Positions 1-13,264 of a DNA stretch of 64,000 nt are shown in pieces. Source of the stretch: Octopus vulgaris (taxonomy: Eukaryota); the NCBI GenBank assembly GCA_951406725.2, contig OX597821.1:25420001-25484000 (forward strand), written 5' to 3'. Each line of letters starts with the position of its first letter. The first letter of the stretch is position 1. Position numbers and translations under genes: made by a program. The notes under the pieces were generated by a model, which worked only from the letters and a program-made list of their open reading frames with translations, ran no database searches and was not told the DNA's origin.

Positions 1-89
1 TTTTTGTATGTATTCACTGTATTGTATTGAACGAAATGGTTATGCGACCTGCGCTCGTCACTCTCTCAATTATCTGGCCTGCTGTGAAA

Positions 90-107
90 AAAGTTTGGTG
101 ACCCCTG
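90..107. mobile_element. Right end (TIR) of a hAT/Charlie-like DNA transposon or MITE running off the left edge
   Basis: AAAGTTTGGTGACCCCTG (reverse complement CAGGGGTCACCAAACTTT) resembles hAT termini; partner TIR is not in the window. Confidence 0.45.
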
Positions 108-765
108 CATTAGACCTACAATCTCTTACCTTACCACCATCTACACAGATCTCTCACACATGCTCGTTTTGAATGATATTGCTATTTTCCAATGAGCCAA
201 TCACTGTATGTTTTTGTAGTAAGGATCTAATACGATGCAGAACTAATACCTCAAGGGACTTCGTTCGTAAAGTACTGGTCCTCGTTTATTTATCAATAAG
301 CAAGGTACACACGCGCGCGCATACACACACATATACGTTATATATATATCTTAGGTCCTGGTAGGGTATTTCCAGAGAAACACTCCACCCAAATTCTAGG
401 CTATCAACACTGTCGGGTTCCAAACCAATACCGAAATTTTTTAAGTGTAGAAAATCCCGGTTTCACGACGGTAACACCGTTGTGTGGGTTTGGCAAATAG
501 TAAATTATGATCGAAATAATACGAAGACAAAGAAATTTTTTTATGAATCGTTACAGTTGTTTCTGTACGGGGTGACAGCGTTAAGCAGTAACATGAATAA
601 ATACAAACTTTTACAATTTCAGACATGTTTGAGGCATATTCTGAACCCATACATTAAGATAGACACAAGGATATATATATATATATATGACACATACATA
701 TACACACACAAGGACGTAAACATGTGTTTATATAAATATATGTGTGACTGTGTAATACATATATT

Positions 766-1137
766 GGAAGCACTCCGTCGGTTACGACGACGAGGGTTCC
801 GGTTGATCCGAATCAACGGAACAGCCTGCTCGTGAAATTAACGTGTAAGTGGCTGAGCACTCCACAGACACGTGTACCCATAACGTAGTTCTCGAGGATA
901 TTCAGCGTGACACAAGGCCGGCCCTTTGAAATACAGGTACAACAGAAACAGGAAGTAAGAGTGAGAGAAAGTTGTGGTGAAAGAGTACAGCAGGGATCAC
1001 CACCATCCCCTGCCGGAGCCTCGTGGAGCTTTAGGTATTTTCGCTCAATAAACACTCACAACGCCCGGTCTGGGAATCGAAACCACGATCCTATGACCGC
1101 GAGTTCGCTGCCCTAACTACTGGGCCATTGCGCCTCC
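766..1137 (-). mobile_element. Full-length tRNA-derived SINE with 12-bp TSD
   Basis: Minus-strand head GGAGGCGCAATGGCCCAGTAGTTAG...GGTTTCGATTCC (Pol III A/B boxes); direct repeat AATACATATATT at 754-765 and 1138-1149; CpG-rich. Confidence 0.88.
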
Positions 1138-1380
1138 AATACATATATTACACAGTCACACTTATAACAAAATCAGCGTTTTAACTTCCACTTTTCCATG
1201 CTTGCATGGGACTAACAGATGTGCTACAGTCGGATACCCTTCTTGTTTCCAAGCAAGATAATAATTCCCCATGGCCAGACATGCTCTCGCAAAATATTGG
1301 GAATGAATGACAATATTAGTATGAAAGTGACAATCATTTACAACTATCACACGATCTCAAAACAAGAAAACACAAATACA

Positions 1381-1543
1381 TACGACAGTACTCTTTCAGT
1401 CTGTCTACCATATCTACTCACAAGGCTTTGTTTGGTCAGCCTGGAACTATAACAGAAGACGCTTGCCCAAGGTACTACGCAGAGGACTGAACTATGTGGT
1501 TGGAAAGCAAACGTCTTACTACAAACACACTCCTGTGCCTATA
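1381..1543 (-). mobile_element. Degenerate SINE head, same family as 48690-49099
   Basis: Reverse complement resembles GGCGCAGGAGTGGCTGTGTGGTAAG...CTTGGGCAAG...CTATAG...GACCAA; directly abuts the Tc1 left TIR. Confidence 0.7.
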
Positions 1544-1545
1544 TA

Positions 1546-2775
1546 GAGGGGTTGGATAGAATAATGGAAACACCTTAAAATTTCAAACAAATTTATTTTA
1601 ATATGGAGCAGGACTGCCTTTGGTAGTAATTACAGCTTCAATTCCACGAGGTATGGACTTGTATTAAAGTTTGAATTGTTTCCAAAGGAATTTTTGTCCA
1701 TTCTTCAGCTAAAACAATATCCAGTTCTTGTAGTGATGATGATGATGATGGTGGAGGATATCAACCTCTTACTTATTTTTCTAAAATGCACCATAAATGT
1801 TCAATAATATTGAATTCTGGGAACTGTGGTGACAAGATAGGATGTTCAACTTCACTAGAATGTTCCTTGTGCCATTCAGTAACAACTTTAGCTGTGTGAA
1901 TTGGTGCATTATCATCCTGAAAGATTGTGTTTCCCTCCGGAAATAGTTCTGTAACCATAGGATGAATTTGATCAGATAAAATGCTTAAATAGACTTGACT
2001 ATTCATTCTGCCATGAAGGGAAACCATTGGGCCGGTGGATTTCCAAGATATAGCCCCCACCCCCAGCCCGATCATCATAGGTCCTCCTCCATGTTTAACA
2101 GTTGGAAGAAGGCAGTTTGGGTCAAATGCTTCTTTTGGCTGTCTCCACACGTATACTCGGTCGGTGGTGAGAAATAAGGTAAAGGATGACCAATGCTGTA
2201 GGTTTTTACTCCACTCTAAACGCTTTGCAACGTTAGTTTTTGAAAGTAGTGATTTTCTGATTGCAGCTCTCCCATGAAATCTGGCTTTGTGCAGCTCCCG
2301 GCGAGCAGTTTTTGTGGAAACTTGGTTCTTGAGGTGGTCCTTAACATCTGTAGTAATTTCGGGAGCTGTACTTTTGTGAGCCTTTCTAACAATTCGTGTA
2401 AGAGTCCGACGGTCACTATTTGAAAGTTTTGGTTTTCTTCCGGAGTTTTGTTTCAACGAGGAGGTTTTTTCCCCCCTCTCTCTCAAAGGCTGTCACTACA
2501 TTTGAGACAGTACTTCTTGATTCACCAAACATTTTGACTGTTTTCGTTACGCTAGCGCCTGCCATACAATTTGACCTCTTCGAAAGTCCAATAGATCTGT
2601 CATTTTAATTACCTTTTTCTGATGATAACTGAAAAGAAACACCAATTTTAGCAAAACATATTAAGCAACACTAATAATAAATCTGAAAACATAAAAATAA
2701 ACAAGCTTTTGACGGTTTTATAGATATTTCAAAATTATGATGCTATGATGTTTCCATTATTTTGTCCAACCCCTG
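1546..2775 (-). mobile_element. Tc1/mariner DNA transposon, DD36E spacing, about 1.23 kb, degenerate
   Basis: About 29-bp TIRs (GAGGGGTTGGATAGAATAATGGAAACACC versus reverse complement CAGGGGTTGGACAAAATAATGGAAACATC), with TA on both sides (1544-1545 and 2776-2777); internal transposase ORF. Confidence 0.93.
1773..2486 (-). pseudogene. Degenerate Tc1-like transposase
   Basis: ORF carries SGRKPKL (GRPR-like), HTH region, TVKHGGG, FQDDNAPIH and NIIEHLW motifs; the first catalytic Asp region (WSDES) appears deleted (WSSF), the N-terminus is frameshifted and the ORF stops early. Confidence 0.9.
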
Positions 2776-2811
2776 TAATATATAGACATAATATATACAT
2801 AAACATACAAA

Positions 2812-2860
<49 letters not shown>

Positions 2861-3539
2861 CGCAATCTTTGATTAAGTTAACAGCTAACAAACTCCACAC
2901 ATATTTCCTGAGAGCAGCATAGTGAGATCGAATCTGAACTACACAACTACAAAGTGACTTTCTTAGCAATGCAGCCAGGTCTCTATCCATGATTAACTCT
3001 AGGAAACCTTTACAAGTGGGTTTGTAATCTATGCCAACATACACACACAAACGTTGCCCTGGTCTCAATTTCCAGTTAGAATTCCAGTATGAATGACACT
3101 GAAATTCTTGACAAATAAAGTGTAGGTGTGATTTGAGGGGCATTTGGATTGTATGTCTAACAAACCAACGGCCGTGTAGAGAAAGCATGGACAAGCTTTC
3201 TTTGAGAAGAGAGGCACATGAGACATAACTCATGATCAAGCAAGTAGCGTCACGGAAAAAAAAAATTCAAGCTATTTTTCTGTTAGATGTATCCTTCACA
3301 ATGTCGCACAGACTGCAGGTTGCCCACGATTGATGTGGAGCTTCCCTTGTCTCATCTACCAAGCTCGTATCTCTGAGGTTTTAAGCTCAGTCTGAGCTGG
3401 CAATCAGCTTAGTCCTAGTTGCAATATAACATGAAGTAGCAATGTCATGACTAAAGCAAATTAATAGTACTGTTGTGTTTAGTGATAAAAAAACCCACTA
3501 CCACACAACCACAATGCAAAGCGCAAAGATAAAAAGCAG

Positions 3540-3690
3540 TGGAGCCGAGGTCGACTTTCACTTTCATCCTTTCAGGGTCGATAAATTAAGTACCAGTTAC
3601 GCACTGGGGTCGATGTAATCGACTTAATCCCTCTGTCTGTCCTTGTTTGTCCTCTCTGTGTTTAGCCCCTTGTGGGTAATAAAGAAATAA
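3540..3690 (+). mobile_element. SINE 3' portion with Meta-domain-like core
   Basis: GCCGAGGTCGACTTT...TTTCATCCTTTCAGGGTCGATAAATTAAGTACCAG core, also seen inverted at 47760-47840 and 41960-42010. Confidence 0.7.
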
Positions 3691-3905
3691 GTATGGTGTA
3701 TAACCAGACTAAAGTGGAGTCAATGGCTGGTTACTCAATATTTGAGAAATTGTTTTCCAAATTTCCCTCAAATTTCTTTCTGTATTAATAGAAAGACTAA
3801 AGTGGATCCAGATACACAAGTGTGCTCACATCAGTCCAAGATACACAAGCCCTGAAAACAGGAGTGTAGTCACAGAGCTAAATACTATAACAATAACTAA
3901 ACATA

Positions 3906-4124
3906 CGAAGGGGGGCTGAAAAGTTCCTGGCTTTAGACAAAAGTAAATACAGGGGTAGGGATCATTTAATTAGGACTTTATTCAGTATATCACCTTCAGA
4001 TTCACACACATATTGTAGCAGTCCTTCAATTTTTCTAAGCCCTGCAAAAGAGCTAGAAAAGTAGAGCCTCCAGCTAGGCCTTTCGCAATACCCTTAAAGT
4101 CAGGGACTTTTCAGCACCCCTTCA
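3906..4124. mobile_element. Mariner-type MITE, about 219 bp
   Basis: About 30-bp TIRs CGAAGGGGGGCTGAAAAGTTCCTGGCTTTA / TAAAGTCAGGGACTTTTCAGCACCCCTTCA, TA on both flanks. Confidence 0.85.
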
Positions 4125-5339
4125 TAAGTACACTGTACACGAGAATAAATCAAATACTTAAGGATGTCTCAAAAAGTAGCACACTTCAATATTTATCAAA
4201 CTTTCGTCCTACAACAAAAATTTACCATTAAAAGAATCTGAAAAATGAAACACAAACACACACATATATAAATATATCTCAGATAATTTCAAAAGTGAAG
4301 GCCAGAGATATAAAGAAAGCATTGACTACATTTCCAAGTTGTGTTTATTGATGTTTTAGTGTACAATTTCAAGAGTGACTTGCATCTAGTTGCCAGGATT
4401 CACCCAAATTCAATCCAGGTAGGGAGAGAAATTTAACTTATTATTATTACTAATCAGTTCGGCCCAGACATGTTGAATTGAAGAGTTTCGCCGGATGAAT
4501 ACAGTCGTATTGGTCAAGTAGTGTTAATATAAAATGACCAAAATATACCTGGAGTTTACTTTGTCCAGTCTACGTTGCAGTGAATGAACTCAAGTGGATG
4601 GTCTGAAGTGAAGAGAAAGAGCCATAGAAATGAGCAAAGCTTGGCCAGTAAACTTATGAGTAAAAAAATAGAAGTGTTTAATGTCCTTATATCTTTTTTT
4701 TTTTTTTTTTAGTGGGTGATTGGGTTAATGAGGGCTACCTAATGAAACCGGTTCTGTTTTACGTTGACTTGACCCCTTTACCATCCAGCCAGACAGTTCC
4801 AATACTACTAGCACTACTAAAGGGCAACCCCAAAGGAAAGGGAGACAAGAGAGAAAAGACAAAAAAACCTTAAAACTAAAAAGAGAGACATGTTTGTCAG
4901 TGTCAGAGTTATTCCCCTTGTTACATTTTCATAGAAAATACTCCAGCTGTCCTCCCTCTTACACGGAAGCTCCACTCCGATGCATCTCAAGAGTCGCACC
5001 AAGTAACAACTCCTACGAGAAGAGAACCGTGAAAGACCTCCTAGAATGTACATTTCCTGGGTGTACACCAGCAAGTATTTGGACAACAGGAAATACTTAG
5101 AATAGAGAAAGTCTCGTCTTACAAACATGTAGGAAGATGAGGCCGGAATAAGATGGTCGGGTGGGGTCGGGGGATACATTAGTACTATTCTACTACTACA
5201 ACTACTACAGGTATCTCCTATCATCACTACAAGAGATCATTTAAGCCACTCACTGCTAGGTGGGGGAGGGGGAAAGGTTCAGTCTCTCATTACTGAAGGA
5301 TGTGCTGTAGAGATGTAAAATTATAGAAATATACACAAG

Positions 5340-5345
5340 TATATA

Positions 5346-5387
<42 letters not shown>

Positions 5388-5658
5388 GTCACACACATCT
5401 ATAAATATGTATTTGTATGTGTGCATATATATACATACGATTATATATATATATATATATATACATACACATATATACATACATATATACACACACACAT
5501 ATTCACATGTTATATGCATTATATATATTATATATATATATGTACACACATGTATGTATATATATATATATATATATACATACACACACATACTCACAAA
5601 CGTGTGTGTGTATATATATATACATATATAAACATACACACTATCACACTCACATATT

Positions 5659-5704
<46 letters not shown>

Positions 5705-5760
5705 CACACACATATATACTATATATTATACACATGTATACTTACAGATATATTTAGAAA
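5340..5760. repeat. Compound (TA)n/(CA)n/(TG)n microsatellite field
   Basis: Direct inspection. Confidence 0.95.
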
Positions 5761-5999
5761 ACATTTTCTTTACAAGAGAAACTGTACAATAAATAAGAAA
5801 CCAGAAATATGGAGAGCACAAAACAAGGGAAATAACTGAAACTAGTTCAAGTTAGAGGGTTTAGTTTTTAGTCGAAAATAATGTGATTGAGGTAATTTTG
5901 GTCTGTTTTCTTAAGTCATGATTATGGTTGGACCTGGGGGTACCAAACATACATAGACACATTCACACGAAATGATGGCTGGCACCGGGGGAGCCAAAG

Positions 6000-6027
6000 A
6001 CACACACAAACGTATTATATATATATA

Positions 6028-6060
<33 letters not shown>

Positions 6061-6465
6061 CATACATACACACACACACACACGCATCCATACATATACA
6101 AATGTGCTTATATACATAAAATATATATATATATAGTATAGACATACATACGTATTAATACTTATATAAATGTGTACATATATATATATTTACATATACA
6201 TATATACAAACACACATACCATATAGTAATGTATTACACACAGTTGTATGTGTATATATTTATATATGAATGTATACACACATTATGCAGGTGTACACAC
6301 AATCCATTTTGTATGTGTGTACGTGAGCATATATATATATGTGTATGTTTGTATATATATATATGTATGTATGTATACACATATACATATATATATATAT
6401 GTATATATACACATATACATACATACACACACACACATATATATATATACATACATACATACATA
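6000..6465. repeat. Compound (TA)n/(CA)n microsatellite field
   Basis: Direct inspection. Confidence 0.95.
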
Positions 6466-8029
6466 TTTGTAGCAATACACTATGTTTACAACACTGACCA
6501 ATACTGCTATGTGACTCCAGTAAAGCTACATTCTTCCCCCCTCGAATTGTGTGAGAAGACAGACAGACAGATACCTTGATTTCAAAGTGTGTGAAGAGGA
6601 TGAGGAGGGGGGGAGGATGAGGAGATAGACCAAACTTAAAAGTCAGAGGAGGAACAGACATCTATTACCAGTTAAGTCGCAGATGGAGTATGACATGGAA
6701 GAAAAAATAGAATAGATGAGGCAGCTTTGTTCTTTAGTCTCGTGTGTGTGTGTGTGTGTGTGTGTGAGTGAGCATGTGTGCGCGTGAGTGTATGCGAGTG
6801 AGTGTGTGTGCGCGTGTGTGTGTGTGTGTGCAATGTAAGTCGAAGGAAATATAATTTTTTTTTTTTTACAAGGTTTCTCAATGATGAAAAGTATTCACAG
6901 AATCATTAAAGGAAACAATATGAACGCAACAAAAAAAATTGATGTGAAAACACTTGAAGAAGCAGGTGTGTCTTGTAGGGAGACTAGTTTTTTTTTTGTT
7001 TTGGTTTTTTTTTTTTTTTTTGCTTTTCTTTTTTTTTTTTTACAGTAAGCCACCATTCTTCAAATCGGTTATCACCCAGCAAGGGGAGAAGTATGAGGAT
7101 GGATGTGAATCTTCAGTGATGGTATGATATGTAGGAGGATGTGTTGGAAACAAGGAGCAAAGATCAGCTATCAGTTATGACATAGATGTGGTGGTGGATG
7201 GTTGGTTTGTTTGTTTTTTTCCTTTTCCTAGATGCATTCTGTTTTTCTTCTTCACATGTATATATTACACCATAAGTAATAAAAGCAACGTCAACAGCTT
7301 GTTAATTAGGCTTTTCAGGCCACTGTTGTACAAGGAGGACATTGTCATTATATTACTGGTACTTATTTTAATAGCCCAAAAGGGATGTGACCTCGGCGGG
7401 ATTATAAAGCTTAGGTCCAAGATGATGGACTGAAACTAGTTACTGTAAGACATTTAATTTGGTATTCTGCTGTCACAGTCATCACCATCTTCAAGTGTAA
7501 TGATAATAATAATAATCTGTAATGACAAATGGACATGAAGACATTAAGAGAATCAAAACAGATGGACACAAGAGAGATGAAGGGTACCGGAAGTACATCC
7601 AGGAAACAGAGAACCACAAGAATATGGATGACAGGTGAGTAAAAAGTCTGGATGGTCGGGGAGAGGGGGCTTGAAGGGAGTCCTCAGAAGAAAACAAAAA
7701 TGATAAATATTACTAACTTACACACAAACATACATATATGTAGACACTGTCCATATTATACCTATATACATAATGCATGCCTGCTTTACACACACGTCCC
7801 TATATCTAAATGCATACATACAAACATATATACATGTTCAGAAACAGAGAGAGAGGGAGGGAGAGAGAGAGATTTCTTAGAAACTCAGACACCCCAATTA
7901 ATTTTGACAGAGATCTTATTGTCTGTGTTAAATCAAATGTCATACAGAGCTATTATTTTAATAAGACTAATATCTAACAATATATATATATATAGAACTA
8001 TTGTCATAGTACAACTATTTTATGATATC

Positions 8030-8520
8030 CAGAACTAGTCTTAACATAGCTGCTCTTTTGATATTATAATAAATCAATAACATAGCCTAATTGATCATCA
8101 TATGATATGCTGGACTAATTTCTTAACATACTACATTCCATAGAATACCAAAACTACTAACAATGATATTATACAAAACTAATATCTTAACATATTCCCA
8201 ATATTGCATTATCATACAGAAGTAAGTCCTAAATATATAACCACCATATAATGAGGTTATACAGTATTGATATCTTAAACAGTACCTTCTATTATCACAC
8301 ATAAACAATTTCTTAATAGCAAACACTAGTGTAATACACAGCTAATGTCTTAACCTTATGATATACAGAACCAATGTCTTAATATAACCATAGTTTGATT
8401 TGATACCATACAGAACCAATTTTAACAAACCACCACACTATGATATCCATAAAGAACCAGTCATAACCATCAGCTTATGATGTCTTAAAGAACCAGTCAT
8501 AACTGAAGTCTTATGTGACT
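8030..8520. repeat. Degenerate minisatellite (recurring TCTTAACATA and AGAACCAAT/AGAACCAGTCATAAC)
   Basis: Motifs recur at roughly 35-45 bp spacing; TAAAGAACCAGTCATAAC occurs twice exactly near 8450 and 8485. Confidence 0.55.
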
Positions 8521-11080
8521 CAGCTTTAATACAGGATTTTATTATTATTATTGGAATTTTTTTTTTTTCAGTTTGTTTCCTGTTTATTTGTGTTTTGTTA
8601 TTCCACAAGATGTGGTGTTGGGGTGGGTAAGGGCTGCAATGGTTGAAGTTCATGGTATTGTCCTGAAAAAAATGAAAGTGTGCTGGGGAAAATAGCAACA
8701 ACCTTTTCGATAGTGTCGACTACAGCACTGAATAATGTCTTCTGCCAGCCATGAATGCTTTGGTGTTTTAAAATCATATATGGTATCGCAAGGTTGTCAA
8801 GTCGGTCGTTGTTTGGAGAAGTTTCCACAAAATTATGTCAGAGTACATTGTTTTATGGACAGTTTACTTTATTCATATTTCTTTTAAAATAGTTTTTTTT
8901 TCCCCATATTGTTTTGTTTTTTTTCATGAAAAGACAAAAAAAAAATAATAATCCTTAACCAGCATGCAACCATGCTTTAAAATGATGTGGATGATGGTGT
9001 TGAAAACGGTCTTCAATTTGTGTCCACTCGACACTGAAAAACCATACTAAGTCTATACCAACAGGTAACAATATGTATGGCCAAGTGTAATAAAAGAAAT
9101 TGAATTTTTTTTTTGCATTTTCTTCCTTTATGATTTTTATTTTCTTTTTCATCATTTTTTAATTTTTTATTTATATTTTATTTTATTTTTTTTTTAGAAA
9201 ATAAACCCCATTAGCAGTTAAAATTGAATGTTTTACACAGCATTGGTGACAGGAGCCTTTTGACAGCAATTGCCAGGTTTTGTTCAGAAGCTGTGCTCTC
9301 ACAGCAAGTGTGCAGGTCAGACAAAGAAAGTTACATTCATCTGTTTTGCAAGCAAAAGATCCGTTGTAGAAATCTTTTCACAACCTTTTACCTTCGTTTT
9401 CATTCATCTTCTCCCAGTCAATGCTGACCACGCTGAAATATAGAAGTGCCAAAATTATTCGAGTCAATGCGATGTAGTAAAATATACATAAAAGTGGTGC
9501 ACTTATTCAATGCACAGCATTAAGTAGTGTGTGCAGCAGCAGCAGCAGACTGCAATGGTACTGTAAGTGCATGTGCCCCAAACTGTGGAGATGAAACACC
9601 CTGAAGCGAGAATGGAAAACAGATACTAACTCATCAGAGAGCAACTTCTTTTCACATCATTCATACACACATATACCTATACAGATGTATATATGTTCAC
9701 GTGTGCGACCATGTGTATCGAGTGCATATAAATACACACACACACTCATCTATATATACATATGTGTATATATTACATACATATATATTTATTATACATA
9801 CATACAAGCATGCATGTATGTGTGTATGTGTACACATTTATTATGTACACACAAACACATAATAGTATATATATATATATATATATATATTCAGTACATA
9901 CACACATGCATCTGCACATGCACGCACACATAGAGAAAGACATAAAATGTAGGATAGCAAAATGAACAGATTCTGAATAATTCCAACTATTGCTTGGAAA
10001 TGTCAAATTGAAAATGATGTAGATGGATGGAGAGAGAGAGAGAGAAAGAGAAGAGACAGAAGAAGAGAGGTAGATAGTAAGTGAGACAGAATAAAATGGT
10101 GAGAGATGAAAAGAATTATTTATGGTGAAGACAAAGAAAAGATAATGTTCAAGATGATGATGATGATGATGAAGATTCTGGCAACAATGACAATGATGAT
10201 TCAGAGCCAATAAGAAGCATGAGATTGGAGTTGAAAGATGTGAAAAATATACACGAGTATTAAGTGAAAAGAGAGAGAGAGATAGAGACAGACAGACAGC
10301 AAAGAGAGAGTAGTAATGGTAGTAGTGGTGGTGGTGGTGGTAGTTGTAGCACAATAACATATCCATGAGAAAGCATGTGAGAAAATTGAAGGTGATAATT
10401 GGTGGTATCTGTCAGTGGAATCTCTGCAATAACAATAGTTACATCATATAATGATTAGAAAGGCATCTTGTGAAATGTGTGAGAATGAAGAGCTTTTGTG
10501 GACATTTTTCACTGACAATGAATGTACAGACATTCGCACGCACACAAATGTTGCTTTGACTTTCTCATCTCCAACATCTTGGAGCAAAAACATCGGACCG
10601 TCACCGACCAAACAGAAATAGAAAAAATAACAAAAGACTTGTGGAAATGTCCCATATGTTTGGAAAACAAAAGCGGAGGAGGTGGCTGCCGGTAAACTAA
10701 ACTGGACACATTTGTCACACTGTTTATAAATCTGTTTCCATTTCAAAAAAGACTTTTAGACCTGAACGGAGATGTTGAAAATCCCCCATTTCACTAAATA
10801 CATCAAACTGGATGTAGCAATTGGTAGGAAAGGCTGGTTTGTAAGGAGGGTGAGCAAGAAGGGAGGAAGCTGCCATTTATAAGATTTTCTATGCAAGTTG
10901 TACATACATACACACACACACATAAATATACATACGTGTATTACATACACAGAACTATGAACATAAATTAGGGAGAATTGAAATTAAAAGAAACAAAAAT
11001 CAATAACAGTGGAAAGGTCATCACATTCAAGCAATCCAAGGGTGACAGGGATCAGGGCAATGGTAGTAGCAGTGATGAGG

Positions 11081-11083
<3 letters not shown>

Positions 11084-11127
<44 letters not shown>

Positions 11128-11215
11128 CAATAGTAGTGGTAGTGATAAGTAGTAGTGGTAGTAATAGCAGTGGTGGTGGTGTTTGTAGTAATAGTAGTAG
11201 TAGTGGTAAGTGATA
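11084..11215. repeat. (AGT)n / (GGT)n trinucleotide repeat
   Basis: Direct inspection. Confidence 0.95.
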
Positions 11216-11302
11216 GCAGTGGCACTGGTCAGTGGCTGGGTGATGAGGTGAAGGGAGGGCTTACCGTTTGAAAAACTTATGGCTACGACAAATGAAAAAA
11301 GA

Positions 11303-11799
11303 TATATATATGTACATATATATATATACATATATATACACATATATACATACATATACATACATATATACATATACATATATACATATACATATATACA
11401 TACATACATATATATATATACACATACATACATATATATATACATACATACATATATATATATACATATATACATACATACATATATATATATACATATA
11501 TATATACATACATACATATATACATATACATATATATATACATACATATATATATATACATATATATATATACATATATACATATACATATATACATATA
11601 CATATATATATACACAAACATATATATATATACATATATACATATACATATATATATATACACATATATATACACATATATATATACATATATACATATA
11701 TATACACATATATATACACACATATATATATATATATACATATATCTACACATATATATACACATATATATATATATATATATACATATATATACACAC

Positions 11800-11832
<33 letters not shown>

Positions 11833-11835
11833 CAT
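11303..11835. repeat. About 530-bp (TA)n/TACA compound microsatellite
   Basis: Direct inspection; source of the spurious YI-rich ORFs. Confidence 0.97.
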
Positions 11836-11908
11836 AATAGATCATGGAAAATAAGATGGTAAAAACATCGAAGTGAACTCTACAGCTATAGTTGAAAACC
11901 TTCACTGC

Positions 11909-11946
<38 letters not shown>

Positions 11947-12198
11947 CACACACACACACTCTCTCACAGAGGTGAGCATGTGCATACACACATACAAATT
12001 TATACATACATGCATATGTATGTGTCCCTGTACCTGTACAGGGGGAGTCTACTGACGAAATGGTATGCCATGCTTGTTAGCTTATGGCATGGTATATCAT
12101 GCATATACATACATACAAGTATGTATATGCATGCAACTTCTCAGGAGATTAAAAAAACAATCAGCAGCAGTGAAAAAGACTATGTGCATGTCAATGTA

Positions 12199-12204
<6 letters not shown>

Positions 12205-12244
<40 letters not shown>

Positions 12245-12260
12245 CATATATATGTGTGTA

Positions 12261-12298
<38 letters not shown>

Positions 12299-12315
12299 AT
12301 ACATATATGTGTGTA

Positions 12316-12369
<54 letters not shown>

Positions 12370-12385
12370 CATATATATGTGTGTA

Positions 12386-12435
<50 letters not shown>

Positions 12436-12455
12436 CATATATACATATATGTGTA

Positions 12456-12513
<58 letters not shown>

Positions 12514-12515
12514 TG

Positions 12516-12546
<31 letters not shown>

Positions 12547-12547
12547 A

Positions 12548-12610
<63 letters not shown>

Positions 12611-12645
12611 TATATGTGTCTATATATATGTATATGTATGTATGT
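12205..12645. repeat. Microsatellite with higher-order unit (TA)n-CATACATATATATG-(TG)n repeated about 4 times
   Basis: Direct inspection. Confidence 0.93.
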
Positions 12646-13072
12646 ATTACAATTTACAGGTTGTTGCTTGGCTGTGGATAGCAGGTTTTGAGTTCTTTTC
12701 TAAAGGTAGAAAAAGGAGGGTCAAAAATGTAGCATACAACCTGGTGAGGTGTACAAAATCATTTTGAGGAGGTCGGCTGTTAGTCGTTTCTGCAGTGTCA
12801 ACTACCAGTCTTCTTGAACACCTTTTCCGCTGTAGCTGCTTTTCCAATATCTAGAAAGTTCCGTGATAGGGCCTGTTAAATCAGTCCTTGTCAAATAAAC
12901 TATGATCCAACCAGAAATTCTTTAAACTTTAAATAAGAAAAGTAGAGCATATACCTCCACTCTTCATATCATTGCTATGATACACTCCATTCAATTCACA
13001 AGGCTGACTATACCCAAAGTTTATAAAAGAAGCCCCAATATGTCCAAATAAAATTTATGGCTTCAGAGACAA

Positions 13073-13264
13073 AACCTTTAGCATTTAAGCCAGTAATATC
13101 TTGCCTAAATATTCTACCTGCTTTATGTTTTAACCAATTAAATTCAACTTCTAATGCCTACCTTATAATGTCATTCTAAAAATAAACATCACATCACTGA
13201 AATCTCAAAGCTACAAGATAATGTACAGTTAATTTGACAGAATAATCTGAATGTTAAAGGGTTT
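13073..13264. mobile_element. Degenerate piggyBac-like (TTAA-type) MITE
   Basis: Ends ACCTTTAGCATTT...AATGTTAAAGGGTT; a related inverted copy lies at about 59810-59990. Confidence 0.55.

Noticed and set aside
1050-1137. tRNA-like sequence (also at 48690-48765 and 13980-14048)
   Set aside because: SINE heads with A/B boxes but no complete cloverleaf; they continue into SINE bodies.
2757-3239. 160-aa ORF on the - strand
   Set aside because: Runs through decayed repeat sequence, a (TA)n tract and the Tc1 TIR; no domain similarity.
5256-12767. Many long YI/HT/CV-rich ORFs (e.g. 10984..11721, 11261..12007, 11980..12681)
   Set aside because: They are translations of (TA)n/(CA)n microsatellites, which lack stop codons; overlapping ORFs occur in most frames.
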